Positions 10,966 through 19,999 of a stretch of DNA of 64,000 nt are shown in pieces. The notes below the pieces were generated by a model. It was not told the DNA's origin. It worked only from the letters and a program-made list of their open reading frames with translations, and did no database searches. The position numbers were made by a program, and so were the translations under genes. The DNA is taken from positions 1-64,000 of the forward strand of contig JBNKBE010000014.1 in assembly GCA_050287085.1 (NCBI GenBank), written 5' to 3'. Numbering within the stretch: position 1 is the stretch's first letter; each line of letters begins with the position of its first letter. The stretch comes from Polyangiaceae bacterium (GTDB lineage: Bacteria; Myxococcota_A; Polyangia; Polyangiales; Polyangiaceae).

Positions 10966-11297
10966 GGGGTCACCGTCGAAGAGCAGCTCTCGGAAAAACC
11001 GCTCGCCGAGCTGCTGAGGCGGCGGGCACGATATCAACGCCCTATTTGGCGCTGCAATGGACACCGTCAAAGCCCACTGTGTTTTTCCGCTGCATGGGGT
11101 CGCTGGCCAGCAATCTCGCTACCGCTCGACGCCGGGGCCGGGGCACAGCTAACGTTGCGGAAACGAAGCGCTCGCACGAAACCAGGCGGACTCGTCCGGC
11201 CCGGTCCGAACGTCCCAACCCCGGCGGCTGGGCCACGACTGCCGTGCCCGAGCGTCCGAGAGCGAAAGCCCCCGCCGCCCTTCGTTTCGCCCATCGT

Positions 11298-12671
11298 CTA
11301 GAATGTGCGCTCCAGACGCAGCACTTTCGCGCTCACCATGTCGACGAAGTAGAGCTTGCGATCAGGTCCCAGAGCAACCCCCGCCAGACTGCCCGCCGGA
11401 AGGCCCGAGTCCAGTCGCTCTAGCTCCTGACCCGAGCCGGAGAAACGGTGGATCAACCCGGTTGCGTTGTCCGTAACGACGAAGTCTTGATCGACGAGCG
11501 CAATCCCGCTCGGTAGCTCCAGTACTCCGGGTGGAACAAGGACCTCGAACTCGGCCCCCGTGACCCGCTGGGGATCCTCGATCTGATCGTCGGCGATTCG
11601 GACGCGACCATCGAGCTCGCCGGTGTCGGTATCGAGGACGATCACCCGTGCATGCCCGGTGTCGACGACGAGCAAGCTCCGCTCATCGGCCGCAAACTGC
11701 ATGTGGCTCGGAACGTCCGGCACTCGTAAGAGCTCGCCTTCCAAGAAGCGCTGATAGGTGCCATCGGAATGATCGTGCCCGCCAGGCTCATGGGGACGGA
11801 CGAAGTCGTAGCGATCGACTGAGCCGAATTGCCCATTGAACGCCCAATACACCGCGTCTCGTTGATGCGCTATCCCCATACCGAAGGGCGTCGCATGCAA
11901 CATGTCCAGATGAGAACCGTTGAGCGGTTCCTCTGCACCCGTCTCGTCGAGCGTAAAAAACGACTGCGCGAAAACGTCCGGCTCGGCACTCCACCACGTG
12001 GGGCCGATGAAGTCCGAGGGTTGATCGAGGTAGTTGCCGGTTCGCGCTTCACCCACCGTGGCAAAGGTATTGTCGTCGCCAAAAGCAAGCGCAGTCGCTC
12101 GCCGCATGAAGTGCCACGAGTTGCCGTCTTCCTTCAACGAGACTTCCGGCTTGGCCTGCGTCGCATCGCTGAAGATCGCAACCAGACTGCGCAGCAGCGT
12201 ACAGCCAGCTTGCGCCGGACCAGGTGCCGTCTGCCCCGGAGCGGGCTCATCACAGGGGGGACTCTCTGGCCCGTAGTCTTGGCGGTACACGACCCACATT
12301 TCGCCCGGGTTGTGGGGGTTGAAGTCCAGATCGGTCGGGACCCCGGGACACGGCTCAAGCCCTGAACAAAACAGACTCGCCGGTGGGGTGTAGAGCACCT
12401 TGAGCTCGGCTCTCTTTATGCTGACCTCTCGCTCCATACCCGCATCCGATTGCGAATGGCCGCCGGCCTCGCCGTTGCTGGGGGAGCTCTCATGCTCGCC
12501 AAACCCGCGCTCCCCGCCGCAACCCGAAAATGCAACCACACTGGCCAGCAAGGTACAGCAGAAAGCCCGCGAGCGGTGCGGCCCGCTCCGCTCAGGCGCT
12601 GCCGCCCGAGAGAAAGGCGCGCCCACGCGGGAAGTACAAAGCTCAAAAGTCGCAACGTCTATCGCCTTCAC
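11298..12671 (-). CDS. Putative lipoprotein, His-rich beta-propeller-like domain
   Basis: Lipobox FSGC; propeller-like blades (PFGMGIA, PSGIAL, AGVALGPD); start uncertain (GTG 12671 preceded by GAGG). Confidence 0.65.
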   Translation of the reverse strand: MKAIDVATFELCTSRVGAPFSRAAAPERSGPHRSRAFCCTLLASVVAFSGCGGERGFGEHESSPSNGEAGGHSQSDAGMEREVSIKRAELKVLYTPPASLFCSGLEPCPGVPTDLDFNPHNPGEMWVVYRQDYGPESPPCDEPAPGQTAPGPAQAGCTLLRSLVAIFSDATQAKPEVSLKEDGNSWHFMRRATALAFGDDNTFATVGEARTGNYLDQPSDFIGPTWWSAEPDVFAQSFFTLDETGAEEPLNGSHLDMLHATPFGMGIAHQRDAVYWAFNGQFGSVDRYDFVRPHEPGGHDHSDGTYQRFLEGELLRVPDVPSHMQFAADERSLLVVDTGHARVIVLDTDTGELDGRVRIADDQIEDPQRVTGAEFEVLVPPGVLELPSGIALVDQDFVVTDNATGLIHRFSGSGQELERLDSGLPAGSLAGVALGPDRKLYFVDMVSAKVLRLERTF

Positions 12672-12716
12672 TTTTTTTCCTCGGATTCGCGTAGACTTAG
12701 AACTCACCCCCGCGCC

Positions 12717-13478
12717 ATGCAACGCTCCACCTCACCCGCCTCGGACAAGACCCCCCGCCGACTGCCCATCGTTCTGCCGGGACAGGAACTATCCGGCAAA
12801 TACCCCCTGGTCTTCGAAAGAACGGTGCTTCGTGCACAATCCGGCGATCCCGCGCATCGAAGCGCACTCAACGTAGCAGCGGCGCTGGCCCAGCGAGCGC
12901 TGACCCAATGCCTGCCTCCTTCGTCTCGTCCCGCCGCCCTGAGTGCGCTCGCCCAAGTGCGCGCCTGGACCCGAGGGGAACTCGCCTACAGACACGTCCG
13001 AAGCGCCCGCGCGGAGCTTTTCGAACAGGTCCCGGCGTTGGCCGAGGCAGCCAGCCTCCTGGTCCGACGTGCGCTGAGCGCCACTCAACTGTCGCCCTTG
13101 CAAGTCCACGCCGACACCACCGTTCAGCGCTACGTCAGCCTCTCGGTACACCATGCTATCGCAAGTGTGCTGTTGTGCTTAGACGGCGTGGTACAGCTGA
13201 ACGCCCTGCTGCAAGTGGCAGATGAGGCGGCCGCGGCCATAGCATTTCGGGACGTGGGCCTTGGGCCAGCCCGAGATGAAGAACTCAGGACTCAAGCCCT
13301 GCAGCGGGCGCAATGGGAACAAGAGCGTCTGCTCGGCCACAAGCAAAGCTCTCTCGGTTCAATCGCGCTGCCGCTCTTTCACGAATTTCTGGGCGTGCAC
13401 TTCAATGCCAGAGCCTCGGCGCAGCGGCTCTACCAAAGCGACTTCATTGCTTGGGTCTACTCGGAGCCGGCGCGCTGA
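12717..13478 (+). CDS. Hypothetical helical protein, Imm5-like immunity-protein resemblance
   Basis: RPAALSALAQVRAWTRGE resembles the Imm5-like pattern RP..A..A...W.RGE; start estimated. Confidence 0.5.
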   Translation: MQRSTSPASDKTPRRLPIVLPGQELSGKYPLVFERTVLRAQSGDPAHRSALNVAAALAQRALTQCLPPSSRPAALSALAQVRAWTRGELAYRHVRSARAELFEQVPALAEAASLLVRRALSATQLSPLQVHADTTVQRYVSLSVHHAIASVLLCLDGVVQLNALLQVADEAAAAIAFRDVGLGPARDEELRTQALQRAQWEQERLLGHKQSSLGSIALPLFHEFLGVHFNARASAQRLYQSDFIAWVYSEPAR

Positions 13479-13524
13479 GGCAATCGGCTACGGACGACGC
13501 GCTCACCTCGGCCGGAGCAGGCCC

Positions 13525-13800
13525 TCAATCGTCTGACTCTTGCCGAAATTCCGGCGGCAGCGCTGAGCCTTCGCCGAAGAAGTACTTGTCCAGCTCGCTC
13601 ATCCAGACCCGTTGCCCATGCTCGCTGACGAGATCCAGGCGATACTCGTTGATCAGCATTTTCGAATGCTCCAACCACATCTGCCAGGCCTCTTTCGACA
13701 CTTGATCGAAAACGCGCTGACCGAGCTCCCCGCGGAACGGTGGCTTGTCCAAACCGTCGAGGTCCTTCGCCAACTTCACACAGTGTACCTGACGCGACAT
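13525..13800 (-). CDS. yggX: Fe(II)-trafficking / oxidative damage protection protein
   Basis: MSRQVHCVKL...GELGQRVFDQVSKEAWQMWLEHSKMLINEYRL is typical of YggX; 91 aa. Confidence 0.93.
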   Translation of the reverse strand: MSRQVHCVKLAKDLDGLDKPPFRGELGQRVFDQVSKEAWQMWLEHSKMLINEYRLDLVSEHGQRVWMSELDKYFFGEGSALPPEFRQESDD

Positions 13801-13898
13801 AGCTGCCCCGGTTAGCGGAAAAACGATCCCGGCGCAAAAGACAATTGTGCCTCCGGAGCCCTGCCCCACCTGAAAGCGCTGTGGACTGGAGCCGAAGC

Positions 13899-14447
13899 TC
13901 ACCCCTGGGAGCCGACCGGCGCAGGGGGCGGAGGTGCGGGCGCTGGGCGAGCTGGGGTCCCCGCCGGCGACGGCGCCGGTCGAGCCGGTAGCGCCGTGGC
14001 TGCCGGGCGAGCTGGGGTCCCCGCCGGCGACGGCGCCGGCCGAGCCGATGGTCGTGGACGCGCTGGGGCGGCCGTAGGAGCCGGAGTGGCCGCGGGCGCG
14101 GGAACCGTCCGCCCAGGCGACGGGGCCCCTGGTGCCGTGGGAGCCGCGCTTGCGCTCGGCCTGGGCGCTGACCGCGCCTGTGTCGGTGGCAACACGGGAG
14201 CCGTCCGCGCTGGAGTCGCCACCGGCGCTGGCCCCGCGTGGTTGTTTCGCACCGGTCGACGCTTTGCCCCCGGACGCAAGGGACGTGGAGGCCGTTGCCG
14301 TGCGACAGCGGGCATCGCGCTTGGAAGGGCAGCCGGCGAAGCGGCCCCCTCGCCCAACTGAAAGACTCCAAAAGCAACTGCCGAAGCAGCTACCAATAGT
14401 CCCAACGCGATCGCGCTCAATGTCTCGTAGTCTTTCTCCGCAGCCAT
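13899..14447 (-). CDS. Membrane-anchored Pro/Ala-rich low-complexity protein (~182 aa)
   Basis: N-terminal TM helix (LSAIALGLLVAASAVAFGVF) followed by a Pro/Ala tail. Confidence 0.6.
   Translation of the reverse strand: MAAEKDYETLSAIALGLLVAASAVAFGVFQLGEGAASPAALPSAMPAVARQRPPRPLRPGAKRRPVRNNHAGPAPVATPARTAPVLPPTQARSAPRPSASAAPTAPGAPSPGRTVPAPAATPAPTAAPARPRPSARPAPSPAGTPARPAATALPARPAPSPAGTPARPAPAPPPPAPVGSQG
13945..14047. repeat. 43-bp direct repeat x2 (60-bp period) inside the Pro-rich CDS
   Basis: 13945-13987 and 14005-14047 differ at one base; encodes ARPAPSPAGTPARP twice. Confidence 0.9.
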
Positions 14448-14582
14448 GTCCCGGGGTCCATACCACACGGGTCTCGCCAGCCAACGATAGACGATCCGCC
14501 CGCGGGCCGACTCGTCGACTCCCCGTTTTTCCTGACGTTTTGGCCTTAACACTCAGGTGGACCTTACCGCTGACTGAATAGG

Positions 14583-15113
14583 ATGACGGACTTGAGTGAG
14601 CTTCAGGGGTTGGAAGTCGATGCACTGCTCTTCAACGCGATCGTAGAAGGCACCTCGTCAGCGCTTCAGATGGCAGACGCAACGCCACACCCAGTGGGTT
14701 GCAGCGTGTTGGCCGCGGCGCGCCATGAAATCACCGTCCTGGTGGGTCTGACCGGCGCACACAGCGGCAACCTGGCTCTCAACATCTCCAGCGGAGCTCT
14801 GCTATTCCTGGCCAGTCGCTTCCTAGGAGAGGCGCAAGCCGCTCTATCCGAAGAAAACGTCGACGCTGTGATGGAAATCGGCAACATGATGGCCGGCAGC
14901 GTGAAAGGCTCACTGTCGGCCTCCAAGTACGGCATCAACGCCATCTCGTTGCCCTCACTCGTGATGGGGCCGAGCCACCACATGTTGTTTGCGCGTGGGA
15001 TCCGTACGGTATCGGTGGAGTTTGAACTGGGTGAGATGCCGCTGCGGAGTCTCAACCACCGCTTCCTAACCACTAGCATCTCGCTGATGCAGACTCCGCA
15101 TAGCGCCCGCTAG
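14583..15113 (+). CDS. cheX: CheX/CheC-family phosphatase-like protein
   Basis: VGLTGAHSGNLAL and DAVMEIGNMMAG (ExxN) motifs. Confidence 0.82.
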   Translation: MTDLSELQGLEVDALLFNAIVEGTSSALQMADATPHPVGCSVLAAARHEITVLVGLTGAHSGNLALNISSGALLFLASRFLGEAQAALSEENVDAVMEIGNMMAGSVKGSLSASKYGINAISLPSLVMGPSHHMLFARGIRTVSVEFELGEMPLRSLNHRFLTTSISLMQTPHSAR

Positions 15114-15114
15114 C

Positions 15115-15765
15115 TCAACGCCCAGCGGACATAGGCGGCTTTGGCGCTGAAGCAGATGGGTATGGAACTTCGACGCTGAGCGGATGATAGCTCCCAGCGC
15201 GATAGAAGCGCCCCTGTATCACCGGCACGCGCTGCTGGAGAGCTTGTAGTACGAGCCGGGTCGCTTCGCCGCTGGTGGCGACCGGCACGCCTGAAATCTC
15301 CGTGATGATATCCCCGTCGCGCATTCCGACGCCTAACGAAGAACCCTCAGGCAGCATCAGGCCGCCGGGATGCGAGGGGGTCGCAGACACCGCTTGCGAC
15401 GACGGAACATGTCGTCGGGCGATGAGCCGCTGAAGCCCCGCACGTCCAATCCGCACTCCAGCGGACGATTGCGTCCGAGGGAACGCCATCTTGTCCAGCG
15501 CAGACGAGTGCCGCCCGCGACGCGCTCGCAGTGCGGGTTGCACCGGTTCAGGGGGGACCACTGGTAGCGTCGTCGGAGGGGGCATGTCGGGCGGCTCCGG
15601 ACTTGGCTTGGGCAGTGTCCGGAGCCCAATCGACGATATGGCGCCCAGACCTGCACCCAACCTCTCGGCGAAGGAGGCAGCTGGTCCGTACGCCAAGCGA
15701 GTAGTCAGCGGGACGCTGAATACCAGCATCAACAACCAGCCGAAAGGTGCAACACCGCGCGACAT
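15115..15765 (-). CDS. Membrane-anchored protein with C-terminal PDZ-like domain
   Basis: N-terminal TM, Pro-rich linker, GMRDGDIITEISGVPV PDZ signature. Confidence 0.7.
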   Translation of the reverse strand: MSRGVAPFGWLLMLVFSVPLTTRLAYGPAASFAERLGAGLGAISSIGLRTLPKPSPEPPDMPPPTTLPVVPPEPVQPALRARRGRHSSALDKMAFPRTQSSAGVRIGRAGLQRLIARRHVPSSQAVSATPSHPGGLMLPEGSSLGVGMRDGDIITEISGVPVATSGEATRLVLQALQQRVPVIQGRFYRAGSYHPLSVEVPYPSASAPKPPMSAGR

Positions 15766-15788
15766 AGAGCGATGTATTCCGCGATAAG

Positions 15789-16682
15789 CTACCGGTCGCG
15801 CCCAGAAGACGCCGTCCCTCCCGGAGAGCCGAGGTACTTGAATAGCGGACTGTCCGAGGACAACACCATGTTGGTCGACGGCGAGATCGCCTGTTCGTAT
15901 GCGTCCAGGCTCCGCGTGAAGGCGTAGAACTCGGGGTCGGCACCGTACGCTTCAGCGTAGATGCTAGCACTCTCAGCATCACCCTCACCGCGGAGCTTCT
16001 GTGCTTTTTCGTAGGCTTGAGCCAACGTGATCGTGACCTCTTTCTCGGCTTCGGCGCGTATCTTCGCGGCCTCTTCTTCGCCTTCGGAGCGATAGCGTTT
16101 GGCCACTCGATCACGTTCAGCCTGCATACGCTGGAACACGCTCTCCTGAACCTCCCGCGGCAAGTCTGCCCGCTTGATGCGTACGTCGACTACATGAATG
16201 CCAAATCCTGAAAGCGCCGTGCGAACTCGTTCCGCGACGGCATCCATCAGGGGCTGACGCGCATTGCCAATGATGTCACCGAAATTGTGACGCGAGATCT
16301 CGTCGCGCATCTCGCTTTTGACGATATCGTCCAAACGACGCCGAGCACGAGACTCGTCCCGGACGGAGATGAAGAACTTGCGCGGGTCGCTGATCCGCCA
16401 ACGAATCACGGGATCGGCGACCAGCTTCTTCTTGTCGAGCGTGAGGTAGTTGTCGGGGGGCGTGTCGCGGCCGAGAATCCGTCTCTCCATCCGCTCTACC
16501 GTTTGCGCAAAGGGAGCTTTGAAATAGAGCCCGGGCTCCGAAATAGTGCGCTTCACTTCCCCAAATTGAGTCACAAGCGCCTGCTCACTCTCGTCCAGCA
16601 CGAAGACAAACGAGGTCTCGTCGAGCGCCACGAGCGCCAACAGCAGGACCGCCAGGAGCACCAAGGAAACTCCGCGACTCAC
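15789..16682 (-). CDS. hflC: FtsH modulator HflC (SPFH/band-7)
   Basis: TQFGE..PGLYFKAPF, DVRIKRADLP, RMQAERDRVA, PEFYAFTRSLDAY. Confidence 0.95.
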   Translation of the reverse strand: MSRGVSLVLLAVLLLALVALDETSFVFVLDESEQALVTQFGEVKRTISEPGLYFKAPFAQTVERMERRILGRDTPPDNYLTLDKKKLVADPVIRWRISDPRKFFISVRDESRARRRLDDIVKSEMRDEISRHNFGDIIGNARQPLMDAVAERVRTALSGFGIHVVDVRIKRADLPREVQESVFQRMQAERDRVAKRYRSEGEEEAAKIRAEAEKEVTITLAQAYEKAQKLRGEGDAESASIYAEAYGADPEFYAFTRSLDAYEQAISPSTNMVLSSDSPLFKYLGSPGGTASSGRDR

Positions 16683-17674
16683 TGGGCACCTCCCATACGC
16701 GCGCTGGTCGCGTCACCCCCGATAGGGAGGAGCGGAACGCCACGGCTCGCGATCTCGCCATCGACCAGCGTCTTCTTTTCCACCTTCGACAGAACCCGCT
16801 CGAGCGTCTCCAAGTGCATCCGCGTACGGGTCACCACTTTGGCCTTCTCATATTCGGCGCGCACATCCTCGAAACGAGCCGCGTCACCACGCGCGTGCAA
16901 GATGCGCTGCTCCTTGTAGGCTTCGGCTTCACGCAGCGCCTTCTCGGCGTCACCGCGGGCGCGAGGTACCTTGTCAGCAGCATATCCCTGAGCCTGATTG
17001 ATGAGCTTTTCCCGTTCCTCGCGAGCGCGGGTTACCGCGTTAAAGGCGTCCTTTACCTCATTCGGTGCGTCTACGTTGTCGAGCTTCACCTCGGTGATCT
17101 CGATCCCGCTCTGGTACTCGTCCATCAGCTTCTGCAGCAGAGCGATCGTATCGCTCTGAACTTGCGCTCGTCCTTTGGTCATCACATCGTCGATACGTCG
17201 CTGACCGACAACGGTCCGAATCGCCACCTCCGCGGCGGCGCGCAGCGTGATCTCTGGCTCCGCGATGCGGAACAGGTAGTTCCCCGGATCGCTAACGCGG
17301 TACTGCACGACCATTCGCACTTCCACGATGTTCTCGTCGCCGGTGAGCATCAATGCTTCTGGGAGCACATCCTTGCCGTTGAAGCCGATCTCCACTCTCC
17401 GAATCTCCTCGACGTCCACCACGTAGACTTTTTCGATCAGCGGCAGGGCGTAGCGAAGACCAGGTTCTGTACGCCGGTTCTCCACCCCGAAACGCAATAC
17501 TACCGCGCGGGCGCCGGGGTCGACCTTGTAAAGCCCAGCCAGGCCGACGAGCAGGAGCAGGAGCAACGCCAGGATAGGACCAAAGCGCTTGACGATGTTC
17601 CTGGCAATGTGGACTACCTGCTCAACGACTTCGTTGACGTCCAAGTTAGGATCGGGTTCGTTGGGTGACGCCAT
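16679..17674 (-). CDS. hflK: FtsH modulator HflK
   Basis: MLTGDENIV, EVKDAFNAV, PRARGDA, TRTRMHLETLE; 4-nt overlap with hflC. Confidence 0.95.
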   Translation of the reverse strand: MASPNEPDPNLDVNEVVEQVVHIARNIVKRFGPILALLLLLLVGLAGLYKVDPGARAVVLRFGVENRRTEPGLRYALPLIEKVYVVDVEEIRRVEIGFNGKDVLPEALMLTGDENIVEVRMVVQYRVSDPGNYLFRIAEPEITLRAAAEVAIRTVVGQRRIDDVMTKGRAQVQSDTIALLQKLMDEYQSGIEITEVKLDNVDAPNEVKDAFNAVTRAREEREKLINQAQGYAADKVPRARGDAEKALREAEAYKEQRILHARGDAARFEDVRAEYEKAKVVTRTRMHLETLERVLSKVEKKTLVDGEIASRGVPLLPIGGDATSARMGGAQ

Positions 17675-17744
17675 CGTGGTTAAGAGTCCTTGGTGAGAAA
17701 GGGCGAGGGGGCAGCAGAAAACATACTTCTTGGGAAGCCCTCAA

Positions 17745-18212
17745 CTAACCCCGCATACGCCAGTTGCCTTGGTAAGTCTTGCCTACCGGATCGCAAGTAT
17801 TGTCTGTGACGACCAGCTCGGGACGCTGATCGGAACAATAGATGATGGTGTTCTGACGAAACGCTCTGCCATAGGTGATCGCCTCCTCACGCTCGATGCC
17901 GTGTACGACCCAGGCCGGCTCGCGCCAGACCCCCTCGGGTTCCTCGTCGTAACCCACACACGGCTCAACTCGGTAACACCCCAGGATCAACATGTCGCGC
18001 AATACCTGATGACGCGCTTCATTGACCCGACGGGGCAAGAGCATCGATCGAGGATTGTAGGCCGTGAGAATGGCGAATTGACTCCGCAGCAAGTCCGGAA
18101 GCTGCACGTCGCTTGCGACAAGGTCGCCATCGATTGAAGCTCGGACCGCTCCATCTTCGACGGGCAGCTCGTAGCAGGTAGCGAAATAAGACCTCAGCAG
18201 ATTCTGATCCAC
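17745..18212 (-). CDS. DUF3293-like protein
   Basis: FAILTAYNPRS, WREP and GRAFRQNTII motifs. Confidence 0.75.
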   Translation of the reverse strand: MDQNLLRSYFATCYELPVEDGAVRASIDGDLVASDVQLPDLLRSQFAILTAYNPRSMLLPRRVNEARHQVLRDMLILGCYRVEPCVGYDEEPEGVWREPAWVVHGIEREEAITYGRAFRQNTIIYCSDQRPELVVTDNTCDPVGKTYQGNWRMRG

Positions 18213-18375
18213 CCCCTGCCCTTAACACGCCGACACAAGCGCGCGTCGGGCGAGCAGCGCGTCCGGCTGCGTCATTCGGCCCGATGACCCAACTGGACTC
18301 CGGCGCCACCCCCGCCCGACCACCGCTCCGCAACCAGCCGCAGAGTCTCTGGAATCGAAAGAGCGCGATCGCGGG

Positions 18376-19068
18376 TCAGCGTTTCAGACGATAACCAACC
18401 CCCCGCACGGTCACCAGGTGGAGCGGTCGCTGGGCATCCACCTCCAACTTCGCGCGGAGCTGCTGCATGAAATTGTCGATAGTACGCACTGTGCCGTGGT
18501 GCCCACGCCCCCAGACACGCTCGATTATTTCCTCCCGACTCAAGACGCTCCCGCCCGCCTCCACCAAACACCAAAGCACGTCGAATTGAGTGGCCGTCAA
18601 CTCCACCGGTTCATTGTCTCGGAGCACCAGCCTTCGTCCCCGGTCGACCGATATGTCGCCAAATGCGACTACACTGCCGCTGTCCTCCCGCACAAGCGCG
18701 TCACGCCGCATCACGGCCTTCACCCGTGCCAGGAGCTCTGCCAAACTGAAGGGCTTGGTGACGTAGTCTTCCGCCCCCAGCTCTAGTCCCACGACCTTGT
18801 CCATCTCTGCGCCTCGGGCGCTCAAGACGATTATCGGAACGCGCTGTCCTGCCTGACGAAGCGAACGCAAGACCTCCAGACCGTTGAGCTTCGGCAACAT
18901 GACATCGAGGATGACCAAGTCCAGCGCCTCCTGCCGCGCCAGTTCGAGGCCGCGTTCGCCGTCGTCGGCAACGCTGACTTCGTAGCCCTCGGCCTCGAGG
19001 TTCATACGCAAGCCGAGGCTGATGCTCGCATCGTCTTCGATTACTAGAATTCGCTTCTTCATCGTCAC
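18376..19068 (-). CDS. OmpR/PhoB-family response regulator
   Basis: IEDD, ILDVMLP phospho-Asp, TKPF, C-terminal wHTH ending VRGVGY. Confidence 0.95.
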   Translation of the reverse strand: MTMKKRILVIEDDASISLGLRMNLEAEGYEVSVADDGERGLELARQEALDLVILDVMLPKLNGLEVLRSLRQAGQRVPIIVLSARGAEMDKVVGLELGAEDYVTKPFSLAELLARVKAVMRRDALVREDSGSVVAFGDISVDRGRRLVLRDNEPVELTATQFDVLWCLVEAGGSVLSREEIIERVWGRGHHGTVRTIDNFMQQLRAKLEVDAQRPLHLVTVRGVGYRLKR

Positions 19069-19991
19069 GAACGCTCCGCGAGAGGAACACTCATCGTGAA
19101 AACGCTACCGCGACCCGGTGCGCTTTCCAGAGTGACGGTCCCACCGTGAGCCCGAACCACGTGCTTGACGATGGCGAGGCCGAGACCGCTCCCCTCCTGC
19201 TCTCGCGCCAAGCGGTCGTCGACTCGATAGAACTTCTGAAATATCCGACTGTGCTCCGATGCATGAATGCCCTTGCCATTGTCCCGAACGGCAATCGCCA
19301 CCTTGTTGTCCTGGCGGCGCGCGGTGAGTTCGATTGCGGGCGGACTACCTCCGTACTTCGCCGCATTCGTGAGCAAGTTCAACAGGGCGTCGCTCAGAGC
19401 CTCTCGATCGGCCAGCACCCTCGGCAAACCGGGCTCGATCTTCACTTGCAACTCGATGCCCATATGCTGCTGCATAGGTCCGAACGCGTCCAATGCCGTT
19501 TGAATGACATCCCCCGGTTCCAGGCGTACCAACGTAAACTTGCGATTGCCACTCTCCATCTGCCCCCAGTCCAGTAGCCGATCGATCAATCCCTGCAGAC
19601 GCGCAGTTTCTCGTTGTAAGCCGTCCAGGCACTTCTGATTGGCCGCCTCGTCGCCGCGCCGGAGCCCAAGCGTCTCGGCGAACAGTCGAATCGACGTCAA
19701 CGGGGTCCGGAGCTCATGAGAGACCTTCGAGACAAAATCGCTCTGTAAGCGCGAGAGGTTTGCCTCTCGTCGCACGAACACCCAAACGAGAATCACGCCA
19801 GTCGCCGCGGCGCCGCTCAGCGCGAGCACCAGAATTCCCATCAACAGGTTGACTTTTGCCTCGCCCAAGAACAGGAGCACCACACCAATGGTGAGCAGGA
19901 GAAACGTGGGAACAACGATCAAGCTCACCAGCAAGATGACAATCCGCCGGTAGCCAAATGCGCTGATATCTTGACCCTTCAGCCTCGCCAT
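19065..19991 (-). CDS. Sensor histidine kinase (2 TM, no periplasmic sensor domain)
   Basis: SHELRTPLT H-box, NLLTNAAKY N-box, DNGKG, GSGLGLAI. Confidence 0.93.
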   Translation of the reverse strand: MARLKGQDISAFGYRRIVILLVSLIVVPTFLLLTIGVVLLFLGEAKVNLLMGILVLALSGAAATGVILVWVFVRREANLSRLQSDFVSKVSHELRTPLTSIRLFAETLGLRRGDEAANQKCLDGLQRETARLQGLIDRLLDWGQMESGNRKFTLVRLEPGDVIQTALDAFGPMQQHMGIELQVKIEPGLPRVLADREALSDALLNLLTNAAKYGGSPPAIELTARRQDNKVAIAVRDNGKGIHASEHSRIFQKFYRVDDRLAREQEGSGLGLAIVKHVVRAHGGTVTLESAPGRGSVFTMSVPLAERS

Positions 19992-19999
19992 AAGTCGAC

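Noticed and set aside
8134..11423. Long plus-strand ORFs opposite sucA (likewise opposite hflK, GDE, gltX, speA and the MFS gene)
   Set aside because: Antisense shadow ORFs, expected in high-GC coding DNA; no recognisable motifs
13525..14625. 366-aa YggX fusion protein
   Set aside because: The extension is an alternate frame of the GC-rich Pro/Ala gene; YggX has its own ATG at 13800 and the typical ~90-aa length
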